A DNA stretch of 64,000 nucleotides. Source: a bacterium ADurb.Bin157 (lineage in GTDB: Bacteria; Muiribacteriota; Ozemobacteria; Ozemobacterales; Ozemobacteraceae). The DNA lies in the NCBI GenBank assembly GCA_002070375.1, contig MWDD01000008.1:14260-78259 (forward strand). Direction: 5' to 3'. The notes under the pieces are model-generated. The model saw nothing but the letters and a program-made list of their open reading frames with translations. It was not told where the DNA came from and made no database searches. This document shows positions 10,320 to 19,778 of this stretch, piece after piece. Positions within the stretch are counted from its first letter, which is position 1. Each line of letters starts with the position of its first letter. The translations under genes and the position numbers were made by a program.

Positions 10320-11600
10320 TTATGACCTATCATAAAGTTCGTGGTAAAGCTCCGAACCTATTACTTTAATTATTACAGCCGCAGGAACAGCCAAAACTAA
10401 ACCGGAAATGCCCGCGACACTACCCGAAATTGCCAAAGCAAGCATCGTCACCAAAGGCGGGAGACCTACTCCGCTGCCTATAACATAGGGTTGCAAATAC
10501 CATGCATCTATGGTCTGAATAATCAGAATCACGATACTCACCTTGATAATTACCACAACAAATGCCCAAGTAAAACCAAACTGCGTTATGGCAACAAATA
10601 AAGACAAAAGTATGGTGAACAAACCGCCCAAATATGGAATAAAGTTGGCAATACCCGCCAAAAGCCCTAAAAACAACCAAAATTTTAAACCGCTAAAACT
10701 TAAACCTATAATCATCAGAAGGGCAAAAATCGAATTTGAGATGATCATGCCTCGAAGCAAAGCATTAAGCTGTTTATCAAGATTACCGAGTATTTCTAAG
10801 GTTCTGCCACGGTAATCGGGAGGAATAAGTTTTTTAAAACCAATAAAAATATCATCCATATCAAGCAGAATATAAAATACTAAAATCGGAATCAAAAACA
10901 TATTGACCATTCGCGACAAAGCATCCCCAAAAAAGCTCAGCATACTGTTAAAAGCATTTACCGCCCCATCTTTTACAAAACTAAACCCGGCAGCCAAATG
11001 ACTTGCCAGCTTTTCTCGGGGAACATAAGAATCAAGCCAATCTATATAACCTTTGAATTCCGGATACTGCTCAAGAATAGCATCTATATCAAAAATATAT
11101 ATCCTCGACGAAGAACTCCCGATGCCGGAAACCCCCGAAACATCAGAATGTAAGCTTTCCGGGGCCTCATGGTGCATTGTTTCGCTTAACGGACGACTTT
11201 TAATAGTCATCATCTTTTTAAAATCCACCTGTCGAAGCTTCAGCGCCAGGTCTACAGCATCAGAAGATACGCTCATTGTAAAAGGAACAATAAAAAGTAT
11301 AAAGCTTCCGAAGCAAATGCTAAAAACCACTAAAACTGCCCAAGCACGAGGAACTCCGCCTTCTTCATTTTTACACAACCAAGCCTTGGGAACCTTGCAT
11401 TTTTCTAAAAATTTCCAAAACCCGGGAATCTTGAATTTTTCTAGCCACCCAACAACCGGATTTAAAATATAAGCAATAACCAAAGAAATCAAAAACGGCG
11501 CTATCACAGAAGACAGGTAATAGGTTGCAACACCCAGCAAACCTAAAAACACAAAAATCAAACCATTTTTAACCGCCGGCGACAATTTTCTTAATGACAT
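10320..11600 (-). CDS. AI-2E family transporter (UPF0118/PerM-like) with a roughly 100-aa insert
   Basis: Multi-TM protein with the family-typical C-terminal half (...LIPILVFYILLD..., ...GIANFIPYLGG..., ...IQTIDAWYLQPYVIG...). Confidence 0.8.
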   Translation of the reverse strand: MSLRKLSPAVKNGLIFVFLGLLGVATYYLSSVIAPFLISLVIAYILNPVVGWLEKFKIPGFWKFLEKCKVPKAWLCKNEEGGVPRAWAVLVVFSICFGSFILFIVPFTMSVSSDAVDLALKLRQVDFKKMMTIKSRPLSETMHHEAPESLHSDVSGVSGIGSSSSRIYIFDIDAILEQYPEFKGYIDWLDSYVPREKLASHLAAGFSFVKDGAVNAFNSMLSFFGDALSRMVNMFLIPILVFYILLDMDDIFIGFKKLIPPDYRGRTLEILGNLDKQLNALLRGMIISNSIFALLMIIGLSFSGLKFWLFLGLLAGIANFIPYLGGLFTILLSLFVAITQFGFTWAFVVVIIKVSIVILIIQTIDAWYLQPYVIGSGVGLPPLVTMLALAISGSVAGISGLVLAVPAAVIIKVIGSELYHELYDRS

Positions 11601-11616
11601 TTATAGGTCTCCAAAT

Positions 11617-12465
11617 TTAAGCGACATTTTCACCGTATAGCGCCAAAATCAGCTCTACTTCACCGATTCCTATTTTCAAATTCTTAGCTATTTGAGGAAT
11701 AACAATACCGCTGTCATGCATTCTGAGTATGTCGAGAGCAGGATACGGCAAATTCTTATACTTATTCTTATCACACTTAGTGTCATCGTCACTTTTGTTC
11801 TTTAGTTTGTTTAATAACCCTGCAGGGATTCCGCTGCCGGTCTCGGGAACATTTTCTGTAACGGCTTCTTCTATTTCTGCTATTGAAGATTCCGGCCGGC
11901 CAAGCTCTAAGACACTTAAATACGCGTTCAACTCAGAATTTATAATATCTTTAACCTCAGAAACCGTCATATTCTTTTTGTTTGTTTCGTTTTCAATAAG
12001 TTTAACGAGCTTGCGATTTTGCTCTTCTAAAGCGCCTGTTCTTCCGTTTAATGCCAATATTTTGTCTTTAATCTCTTCAAAAGCTTCATCAAAGTCTTTT
12101 TTTAAACGCTTTTCACCGCTCTTGTATGATGCCCCGGGCATGTCCTTCTCTGAACTCATATTTCTTCTTTTGATCTCTTCTCTCAATTCTTCAAGCTCAG
12201 ACAATAAATCGTTCACCAGCAGACACTTTTTATCAGTAATCATTAGCAATTCTTTTAAATCTTCAGTTTGTTTTGTAAGATTTGAAATGTGGTATTCAGC
12301 AACCTCGTCAAATGTTTCCGATATCTTTTTAAATTTATATTCCGATTCATTTAGGCGCTTTTCAAGGTTAAAAATTTTACACTGCGCCACTTTCTTGCCT
12401 AGCCAAAATGCCGAGATTATGAGAAATATAAGGCAAATGCTAATATTAACGATGGTCAAAGACAT
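11617..12465 (-). CDS. Membrane-anchored coiled-coil protein with C-terminal HTH-like tail; unknown function
   Basis: The ORF track gives 11617..12549. I prefer Met at 12465 (MSLTIVNISICLIFLIISAFW = TM), preceded by GAGGAA. About 200 aa of Glu/Lys-rich coiled coil. The C-terminus DILRMHDSGIVIPQIAKNLKIGIGEVELILALYG looks like a small HTH. Confidence 0.5.
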   Translation of the reverse strand: MSLTIVNISICLIFLIISAFWLGKKVAQCKIFNLEKRLNESEYKFKKISETFDEVAEYHISNLTKQTEDLKELLMITDKKCLLVNDLLSELEELREEIKRRNMSSEKDMPGASYKSGEKRLKKDFDEAFEEIKDKILALNGRTGALEEQNRKLVKLIENETNKKNMTVSEVKDIINSELNAYLSVLELGRPESSIAEIEEAVTENVPETGSGIPAGLLNKLKNKSDDDTKCDKNKYKNLPYPALDILRMHDSGIVIPQIAKNLKIGIGEVELILALYGENVA

Positions 12466-12526
12466 TATAAACGGTTCCTCGTAAAACTCTAAATTGTTAT
12501 AGAAAATAAATCTTCTGCATGGTACC

Positions 12527-13534
12527 ATGCCTGCTATGTTAAAATCCAAGAAATTTTGGGGAATAATTACAAGTTTTTTATTTTTGTGGCTAACCCTGCA
12601 AAATTTGAACTTTGAAAAAGTGCCGTCAATTATCTCAGGTCTTAAATTTCAGTATATACCTTTGATGATTATAAGCCTTATACTAGAGCATCTAACCAGA
12701 GGAATAAGATGGAAAATTATTCTCTATAACCACCCAATGAGCCTTAAACATTCGTATTTTGCCACGGTTCTTGGGTATTTTTTTAACAACATTCTGCCTG
12801 CCCGCGCAGGCGAATTTATAAAAGCATACTACCTCAAGAAAAAAAATATAGCACCCGCCGGAGAAGCCTTCGGCACAGTAGTATTTGAGCGTTTTTTGGA
12901 CGGAGTAATTACTCTGGGACTAATGACTTTTTCTTTAAGACATTTCACAGACAACCCGATAATGAAAAAAGCGGCCCTTACCACTCTCATTTTTTACAGC
13001 CTAATACTTGTTGCCATTGCAATAATGCATTTTCGCAGAAAATCTTTTGAAAGAATAGCAAAGTATTTTTTCTCGCTTTTCCCCAAAAGAACTGCTGCTT
13101 TTTTAAATAAAACTGTTAAATCATTTATAAGCGGCATGATAATAGTAGCCAATAAACCGACAATTTTTATCAAGGCTGTTATCTGGTCTGTTATAGCCTG
13201 GTCATTCACCTTACTGACAACTTGGCTATGCTTAGAGATGTTTGGCTTTGGCATGAACTTTTCAAGCGTAACTTTTATACTCGTTGTCTTGGCTATTGGC
13301 TCAATGATACCGTCAAGCCCCGGAATGATAGGGGTTTATGAATGGTGTTGTGTTTTGGCTATTCATAAAATACTCGGACATTCGCACGAACTTGCCGCGA
13401 CTTTTGGCTTGGTTTCTCATACTGTTGGCTACGTCTGGGTTGCAATAGCAGGTTTTATTATATTAACAACAGAAAACCTGTCGCTGGCAGAATTACAACC
13501 AGAAAATCAGTCTAACCCGACCTCTTCGAACTGA
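12527..13534 (+). CDS. UPF0104 / lysylphosphatidylglycerol-synthase-TM-like (flippase-like) membrane protein
   Basis: About 8 TM segments and the family hallmark ...NNILPARAGEFIKAYYL.... Confidence 0.75.
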   Translation: MPAMLKSKKFWGIITSFLFLWLTLQNLNFEKVPSIISGLKFQYIPLMIISLILEHLTRGIRWKIILYNHPMSLKHSYFATVLGYFFNNILPARAGEFIKAYYLKKKNIAPAGEAFGTVVFERFLDGVITLGLMTFSLRHFTDNPIMKKAALTTLIFYSLILVAIAIMHFRRKSFERIAKYFFSLFPKRTAAFLNKTVKSFISGMIIVANKPTIFIKAVIWSVIAWSFTLLTTWLCLEMFGFGMNFSSVTFILVVLAIGSMIPSSPGMIGVYEWCCVLAIHKILGHSHELAATFGLVSHTVGYVWVAIAGFIILTTENLSLAELQPENQSNPTSSN

Positions 13535-13764
13535 CTCTTCATTTCTTCGCTTTTATTGATTATTGTATTTAAATCTTTGTTTATCTTGTCTCCGTCATAG
13601 CCGATCATCTTACTTACTGCCCCCGATGTTTTGGCCTTATCTCTTAAAATTTCGGCATCAGACTTTTTAATTGTATCAAGGCTCGGATCTTTCTTTGCCG
13701 GTTCACTTCCGCAACCGGTAAGAAGCAGCGAAACAAACAACATGCCAAGTAAACTTTTAATCAT
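13507..13764 (-). CDS. Small lipoprotein, unknown function
   Basis: Lipobox LLLTGC at residues 13-18 after a hydrophobic signal. Its 3' end overlaps the convergent UPF0104 gene by 28 nt. Confidence 0.5.
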   Translation of the reverse strand: MIKSLLGMLFVSLLLTGCGSEPAKKDPSLDTIKKSDAEILRDKAKTSGAVSKMIGYDGDKINKDLNTIINKSEEMKSQFEEVGLD

Positions 13765-13919
13765 AATTATTCCTTTTATATTTTTATTTGTAGATAATTC
13801 TACCCTAATATATCATTTGTTAAAAGCTCAGCCGTAAATTATTCTGTCTCTTTACCAATATAGACTTTGCAATACAATTCTGATATCATTTAGTTAGTTT
13901 AAAACCGGAGTAAAAAACC

Positions 13920-14420
13920 ATGATAAAATTTAAATTTATTTTTGTATTACTAATTTCTATCTTTGCAATCGGAATCACAATGCCCGGGTGCACAGCTTCA
14001 GCAGGCGATGAAGCACCCGAAATAAACGCAAAAAAATGGCTTAACACAGATACTTTTTCTTTGGCCGAAAACAATGACAAAGTTGTTATTGTTGAGTTTT
14101 GGGCAACTTGGTGCCCCCCATGCAGAGCAAGCATACCTCACCTTAAAGCCCTTCACGAAACCTACAAAGACAAAGGCATAATTCTGGTTTCTTTAACAAA
14201 TGAACCTGATTCACCAAAAATCACAAAATTCTGCTCTGATGCCGGCATGAACTGGATAGTCGGGCTCGGCAGCACCAGCGGCTCAAGCTATGGCGTAACC
14301 GGAATACCTCATGCTTTTATCGTTGTAAACGGGAAAATAGCCTGGAAGGGTCACCCCATGGCAGGATTAGACGAAGAAGTAAAAAAAATTGTAGATTCGC
14401 GCCCTGTTAAAGCAGAGTAA
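13920..14420 (+). CDS. TlpA/ResA-like periplasmic thiol-disulfide oxidoreductase
   Basis: Signal/lipoprotein N-terminus. Thioredoxin fold motif VVIVEFWATWCPPCRASIPHL and GIPHAFIV. Confidence 0.85.
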   Translation: MIKFKFIFVLLISIFAIGITMPGCTASAGDEAPEINAKKWLNTDTFSLAENNDKVVIVEFWATWCPPCRASIPHLKALHETYKDKGIILVSLTNEPDSPKITKFCSDAGMNWIVGLGSTSGSSYGVTGIPHAFIVVNGKIAWKGHPMAGLDEEVKKIVDSRPVKAE

Positions 14421-15415
14421 TGAAAAAACAAGAAATTGAATTTAAAGTTCTCAACATAATTGATCGCCTTGAAAAAGGGCAGCCAATTGAAGACAACGAG
14501 ATAGAACTTAAATCAGAATGGCCCAGAGACCATTTTAAAGCCGCGCGCCGAATCGCTGCTCATGCAAATTCGGCACGCGGCGAAACCATTATATGGATAA
14601 TAGGCATAGATGAAAAAAAGGGAGTCGTGGGCGCTAACTTCGAAGAGCTTTCTAACTGGTATGCAAAGGTAAGATCAAGATTTGACCAGATGTTAGCCCC
14701 TAATCTGGTAAGTCTTGCGATACCGTATAACGGCAAAACCGTTGTAGCATTAGTTTTCGAGACAGATCGCTCACCTTTTGTTATCAGAATACCAAATAGC
14801 AGCCCCGGTCCCGTAACCCACGAAGTTCCTTGGCGAGAAGCCAATTCTACCCGATCGGCAAGACGCTCGGACCTGATAAAGCTCTTGTATCCAATTAATA
14901 AAAGGCCAAGTCTTGAAATACTGGACGGCAAAATTGAATTGCAAAAATCCATATCTAATATAGGGCAAACCGGAAACTATCAGTGGAATCTGAGCATGAA
15001 AGTTTATTTTGTCACCTATTCAAACGAAACCGTTGTGTTTCCTTTTCACAGATGCAAAATACTTTTCAGAGCTCAGGGGCAACCCGACGAAAAGAAATTT
15101 TCAAACATTAGAATTGCACCGCCAACTTCTTATTCAAGCCGTGAATTCAAGGAAAAAACCCAGTCTCTGACCGTTAACAGCACAGAAAATGAAGTGCTTA
15201 TAAACACCGCCGGAATGGGTTATATCACGGCAGAATACTTTTCTTCAACTGACCCGGGGGCCAAATTATTCGAAGAAATTGAAGTCAAAACTCTTTTAAA
15301 AACTCATCATTCAGATGACCCTATACTGCTTGAAGCAGTGTTTACGCTTGTGCCGCACCGCGCTCAGCCGAGCGAAAGACTGTTAGGGGAATGGCGCGTA
15401 GAAAAAGAATCTTAA
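14420..15415 (+). CDS. Hypothetical protein; N-terminal region resembles an AlbA_2/Schlafen-type putative DNA-binding domain
   Basis: EIELKSEW...AARRIAAHANSARGETIIWIIGIDEKKGVVGA matches the E-x-K ... AfAN..GG.l.iGv.d.g.v.G pattern of AlbA_2. The C-terminal 200 aa are unrecognisable. The start shares 1 nt with the thioredoxin stop (TAATG). Confidence 0.55.
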   Translation: MKKQEIEFKVLNIIDRLEKGQPIEDNEIELKSEWPRDHFKAARRIAAHANSARGETIIWIIGIDEKKGVVGANFEELSNWYAKVRSRFDQMLAPNLVSLAIPYNGKTVVALVFETDRSPFVIRIPNSSPGPVTHEVPWREANSTRSARRSDLIKLLYPINKRPSLEILDGKIELQKSISNIGQTGNYQWNLSMKVYFVTYSNETVVFPFHRCKILFRAQGQPDEKKFSNIRIAPPTSYSSREFKEKTQSLTVNSTENEVLINTAGMGYITAEYFSSTDPGAKLFEEIEVKTLLKTHHSDDPILLEAVFTLVPHRAQPSERLLGEWRVEKES

Positions 15416-15427
15416 CACGGAGCGCTC

Positions 15428-16390
15428 ATGAAAAACATGCTTGAATCTGCAAAACGTATTTTGCGTTACGAAGCAGAAGCCATAGAAACGGCTTCCAAAA
15501 ACCTAGATGAAAATTTCTCGAAAGCAATTGATTTAATATTAAACAGCCAAGGCAGACTTGTAGTTTGCGGAATGGGTAAATCAGGCTTAATAGGGCATAA
15601 AATATCGGCAACTCTTTCAAGCACAGGCACGCCGTCATTCTTTTTACACCCGGGAGAAGCTCTTCACGGCGACCTGGGAATGATAAGAGACAACGATGTA
15701 ATGCTGCTTCTTTCAAATTCAGGTGAAACAGAAGAAATAGTAAAGCTGGTGCCTTTTTTAAGAAGAATAGGCACTGCAATTGTTGCGATGGTTGGGGAAA
15801 CAAACTCTTCGTTGGCAAGAATGGCTGACTTAGTCATCAATGCACATGTTCCCCGGGAAGCATGCCCCCTTAACCTTGCTCCGACAAGCTCAACAACTGT
15901 TGCGCTTGCACTCGGCGACGCGATTGCCGGAGCGCTTATAGAAGCCCGAAGTTTTTCTCAAAGAGATTTTGCAAGGTTTCATCCGTCGGGCAGCCTTGGA
16001 CGTAAATTCGTGTCTGTTAAAGATTTGATGCACTCAGGAACCGATATCCCAAAAGCATCGCCGGACATGATTTTAAAAGACGCGGTGGTTAAAATGTCGC
16101 AATTCGGATTCGGCGCACTCATTGTGTGCAACGAAGAAAACGATTTATTGGGCATATTCACTGACGGCGATCTGAGAAGATACTTTGAAAAGGCAGAAAA
16201 CGCCGAATTGTCTATTCCCTTAAACAAAATAATGACGGCAAACCCAAAACACACGACCCCTGACAGACTTGCCATGGAAGCACTTAAAACCATGGAAGAC
16301 AAATCTATAACGTCTCTGCCGGTTGCCGAATCGGGCAAAGTTATAGGCTTTTTACATCTGCACGACATCTTGCGTTCACGCCTTGTTTGA
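15428..16390 (+). CDS. kdsD: Arabinose-5-phosphate isomerase (KpsF/GutQ family; SIS + tandem CBS)
   Basis: SIS motif RLVVCGMGKSGLIGHKISATLSSTGTPSFFLHP, LLLSNSGET and a C-terminal CBS pair. Confidence 0.9.
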   Translation: MKNMLESAKRILRYEAEAIETASKNLDENFSKAIDLILNSQGRLVVCGMGKSGLIGHKISATLSSTGTPSFFLHPGEALHGDLGMIRDNDVMLLLSNSGETEEIVKLVPFLRRIGTAIVAMVGETNSSLARMADLVINAHVPREACPLNLAPTSSTTVALALGDAIAGALIEARSFSQRDFARFHPSGSLGRKFVSVKDLMHSGTDIPKASPDMILKDAVVKMSQFGFGALIVCNEENDLLGIFTDGDLRRYFEKAENAELSIPLNKIMTANPKHTTPDRLAMEALKTMEDKSITSLPVAESGKVIGFLHLHDILRSRLV

Positions 16391-16398
16391 TAATTTTG

Positions 16399-16427
16399 TT
16401 GCAGGTTTCTTTTAAAGAATATACAAT
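16399..16427 (+). promoter_or_regulatory. Candidate sigma70-type promoter for rubrerythrin (TTGCAG-N17-TACAAT)
   Basis: TTGCAG at 16399-16404, a 17-nt spacer, TACAAT at 16422-16427, about 40 nt upstream of the rbr ATG with AAGGAG RBS. Confidence 0.4.
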
Positions 16428-16466
16428 GACCCAAGTCAAACGATTCAACACACAAGGAGATAAATA

Positions 16467-17009
16467 ATGAAAAGTATTAAAGGTACAAAAACAGAAGCCA
16501 ATCTTAAAACAGCTTTTGCCGGTGAATCAGAAGCCAGAAATAAATACACCTATTATGCTTCAAAAGCTAAAAAAGACGGTTACGTGCAAATTGCAAATAT
16601 TTTTGAAGAAACCGCCAACAATGAAAAAGAACACGCTAAGCTATGGTTCAAGCTTCTTCACGAAGGCGATATACCCACTACTACCGTCAATCTCAAAGAT
16701 GCGGCAGACGGCGAAAACTATGAATGGACCGACATGTATTCAGGTTTTGCAAAAGTAGCCAAAGAAGAAGGCTTTAACGAAATAGCGGCTCTTTTTGAAG
16801 GCGTTGCAAAAGTTGAAAAAGAACACGAAGAAAGATATCGCAAGCTTTTAGCCAACATCGAAGGCGGCTTGGTGTTTTCACGTGACGGCGAAATGATTTG
16901 GCACTGCAACAACTGCGGACACATCGCTATCGGCAAAAAAGCTCCCGAAGTATGTCCGGTATGCAACCATCCACAGGCACATTTCCAGCTTAGATGCGAA
17001 AACTACTAA
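16467..17009 (+). CDS. rbr: Rubrerythrin
   Basis: Ferritin-like diiron motifs ([25 protein letters not shown]). C-terminal rubredoxin-like CNNCGH...CPVCNHP. Confidence 0.95.
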   Translation: MKSIKGTKTEANLKTAFAGESEARNKYTYYASKAKKDGYVQIANIFEETANNEKEHAKLWFKLLHEGDIPTTTVNLKDAADGENYEWTDMYSGFAKVAKEEGFNEIAALFEGVAKVEKEHEERYRKLLANIEGGLVFSRDGEMIWHCNNCGHIAIGKKAPEVCPVCNHPQAHFQLRCENY

Positions 17010-17015
17010 TACCGA

Positions 17016-18119
17016 TTATAAACTGAAATAATCGCTTATTATACTGTCGGCAAAGCCTAACACTTTTGCCGACAGTTTTATTTTAGAGCCTGATATATCT
17101 ATATAACCTTTTTCTGCATGCTTATTTATGGTTTCGTAAAACTCAGCATTTTGTATTCCGTAATTGCGCTCTAAATCAGCAATATCCAGTCCAACTTCCA
17201 ATAATCTCAAATGGAGCATAATATATTCATTTCTCAGGTCTGTTACAGACAACTTTTCATAAATGGGGTCTAATTTGTTGAGCCATTCTTGAAGATTGGC
17301 AACATTGCTTATTCGAAAAGAATTATCAAAAGAAACTGCTGACGGACCTAACCCTAAATAGCTGCCTGCCAACCAATAATTTAAATTATGCTTACATTCA
17401 AACCCCGGTTTTGCATAGTTTGATATTTCATAATGCGTAAAGCCAGCATCAGCCAATACTTTTTTAACCTCAAACATTTCAGCCGGGCCAATTTCATCGG
17501 GATCGGCAATTTTTTTGTTCAAAACGGCATCATGCAGCGGAGTATTTTCTTCGACCCCCAAAAAATAAGCAGAAACATGCATTAATGGGTATTTCGTTAA
17601 AAACGAGCTTAAGCTCGTTGCAATTGTGTTACAACCCGGCACTCCGAGAATAAAATCACAGCTTACATTTTTTATTTTATTAAAAACATTGTCAAGCGCG
17701 TTGTAAACAGAGTTCATAAGAGTGTTTCTGCCCAATATTTTCAGTTCATTATCTTGAAGGCGCTGAACCCCCATGCTAATTCTTATATTGTATACTTGAG
17801 CCAAGAAATCTATTATCTCAACGGAAAGCGTTTCGGGATTAGTTTCTATAGTAAACTCACTAACCCCGCTTAAATCAATATTCTCGCCAATGATTTCAAT
17901 TATCTGCTCTATACCGGCCAAACCTAAAGCAGAAGGATTCCCGCCGCCGATAAAAATAGTTTCATATGCTTTTGCTCCGGGTAAAATGCGCTCCTTAGCT
18001 TCTTTTCTTAATTGATTTAAATACAAAGCAATGTCATCTTTGCAGGGAACCCTAGAGTAAAATGCACAATAACCGCATTTAGAAAGACAAAAAGGCACAT
18101 GAATATAAAGTGCTGACAA
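17016..18119 (-). CDS. hemW: Radical SAM heme chaperone HemW (oxygen-independent coproporphyrinogen oxidase-like)
   Basis: YIHVPFCLSKCGYCAF (CxxxCxxC), GGGNPS and a HemN_C-like tail. The start codon in the track is TTG. Confidence 0.88.
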   Translation of the reverse strand: MSALYIHVPFCLSKCGYCAFYSRVPCKDDIALYLNQLRKEAKERILPGAKAYETIFIGGGNPSALGLAGIEQIIEIIGENIDLSGVSEFTIETNPETLSVEIIDFLAQVYNIRISMGVQRLQDNELKILGRNTLMNSVYNALDNVFNKIKNVSCDFILGVPGCNTIATSLSSFLTKYPLMHVSAYFLGVEENTPLHDAVLNKKIADPDEIGPAEMFEVKKVLADAGFTHYEISNYAKPGFECKHNLNYWLAGSYLGLGPSAVSFDNSFRISNVANLQEWLNKLDPIYEKLSVTDLRNEYIMLHLRLLEVGLDIADLERNYGIQNAEFYETINKHAEKGYIDISGSKIKLSAKVLGFADSIISDYFSL

Positions 18120-18131
18120 TTTTATGGCCGC

Positions 18132-19778
18132 CTATAAATAATGATACCAGTCATGGCAATCAACGCAAGGTTTCGGCATAGAATTATTGTTTCTGAGACT
18201 TCGGGCAGAATCCAAGTTCCATATTTCTTTTAAACTATTTTCTTTAACGTTGCCAAGCGCATACTGCCCCTCAAAATCATAAGGACAAAAAGTTACCGCT
18301 CCGTTACTAAGCACGTACAAAGACAAAGCGGAATTTCTGCAGACCCGTCTTTTAACAGGTTCAAAATCTACTGTGCAAGTTTTTTTCAAAATATTATTAT
18401 AAGAAGACTCTCCCAATACTTGATACCAGCTAACTTCACTTCTTATGTGTTCGAATGGCCACACAAAATAGTAATCGTTAAAAACCGGCTTTACAGCTTG
18501 TTTATAATAGCCGATAAAGTTTTGTATATTTTTTTCGGTCTTTTCATGACGCACCAAAGTAACCCCTATATCGGGGAATTCCAGGTTGCTTTCTCGTCTT
18601 TTTTTTACAAACATCAAGAATTCTTTGATATTTTTCCACACACAACCCGACCGGTTCTTTTCAAATTCTTCAGGAGTGCAGCTGTCAACGCTTATTCTTA
18701 TTTGATTAAGAGATCTGAATGGAAAATCTTCAGGAAAATTAGTTTGCATAGAAGTTATTAAAACAGAATTGTATTTGGCGGATTCTTTTGCCATAGATGA
18801 TATAAAAGGATTCAAAAGCGGTTCGCCCATTCCTGAAAAGATCCATTTACAATCGTCTCCGAGCATAAAAGAAGAAGCTATCTTTGAAAAAACCTCTTGG
18901 CTCATATGCTCTCTATTTCGAGTCATTTTTGGATGCGGACATCCCAAACAAGAAGCTCTGCAATAATTTGACGGCTCAATAACAATATTTTTAGGACCGT
19001 ATTCTGTATATTTTTCTTCCCAGTTTGAATTTTTTAGCCAATTTTCATAAGAAAATTCAGGACCGGAGAACTCATCGATATCTTTTACGGTATTTGAAAA
19101 CGTGTAAACCGAGCGTTCTGAATTTATTCTTAAATCAACGTTTAAAGAAGGCTTTATTCTGGGACAATGACAGCTTCCCTTTTTAAATGGGTAGAGAGGC
19201 TTAAACAGCATCCATGAAAGCGCACCTCTGACCCTCATAAGATCGGGGTGACTTTTTTCTAATCCCAAGAGAAGATTCCCGTCAAAAACGTGCCATGCCG
19301 CTCCGGGCACACGGTCACATATTTCGGTAAAATCAAATGCCTCGCGTTTATGCAACCTGATGCTCTCAATTACAGCCTCAGATTCGACCAAAATATTACA
19401 AAGCGGAACAACTATCAATGTATCAAAACCAAATTCTTCAACAAGCGCCGCAAAAGGTTGTCCCAATAGAGTATCACAGCCGGAATCATTTTCTGTGTCC
19501 CAATGTTGCTGTTGCAAAAACATTGGCTTTTCAACCATTTTAGAAAGATCAAAAGTTCTAATTTTAATTCCGAGATTGGCCGCACTTTCGCTTATATCTT
19601 GTGTAACAAACGTATCGGGCAGAATAAGCACAAAATCGCTTACGCTGTTAATATGGCTTAACCTGCCATGCAAAATTTGTAGCAGAGCCCGGTCTTTAAA
19701 AACAAGTTCACACAAATTCACCTTATTTCTGTATAAGTTGTTTATTCCGTCAACGTAGTAAGCAATTCCTGTAGTCAT
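18132..19778 (-). CDS. Fusion protein: about 260-aa nucleotidyltransferase-like N-domain + radical SAM core + SPASM C-terminal domain
   Basis: SNYCRASCLGC (CxxxCxxC), FSGMGEPLLNP, and the C-terminal Cys cluster CRNS...FCPYDF...GNVKENSLKEIW...CVDCHDW. The N-domain pattern resembles SpsF/CMP-sugar cytidylyltransferase folds. The ATG shares one nt with the stop of the upstream 65-aa ORF. Confidence 0.85.
   Translation of the reverse strand: MTTGIAYYVDGINNLYRNKVNLCELVFKDRALLQILHGRLSHINSVSDFVLILPDTFVTQDISESAANLGIKIRTFDLSKMVEKPMFLQQQHWDTENDSGCDTLLGQPFAALVEEFGFDTLIVVPLCNILVESEAVIESIRLHKREAFDFTEICDRVPGAAWHVFDGNLLLGLEKSHPDLMRVRGALSWMLFKPLYPFKKGSCHCPRIKPSLNVDLRINSERSVYTFSNTVKDIDEFSGPEFSYENWLKNSNWEEKYTEYGPKNIVIEPSNYCRASCLGCPHPKMTRNREHMSQEVFSKIASSFMLGDDCKWIFSGMGEPLLNPFISSMAKESAKYNSVLITSMQTNFPEDFPFRSLNQIRISVDSCTPEEFEKNRSGCVWKNIKEFLMFVKKRRESNLEFPDIGVTLVRHEKTEKNIQNFIGYYKQAVKPVFNDYYFVWPFEHIRSEVSWYQVLGESSYNNILKKTCTVDFEPVKRRVCRNSALSLYVLSNGAVTFCPYDFEGQYALGNVKENSLKEIWNLDSARSLRNNNSMPKPCVDCHDWYHYL

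Noticed and set aside
11729-12484. 251-aa plus-strand ORF antisense to the coiled-coil gene
   Set aside because: Its Ser/Leu/Phe-rich, low-complexity translation is the expected mirror image of a Glu/Lys-rich coiled-coil coding strand. It has no RBS and no recognisable domain.
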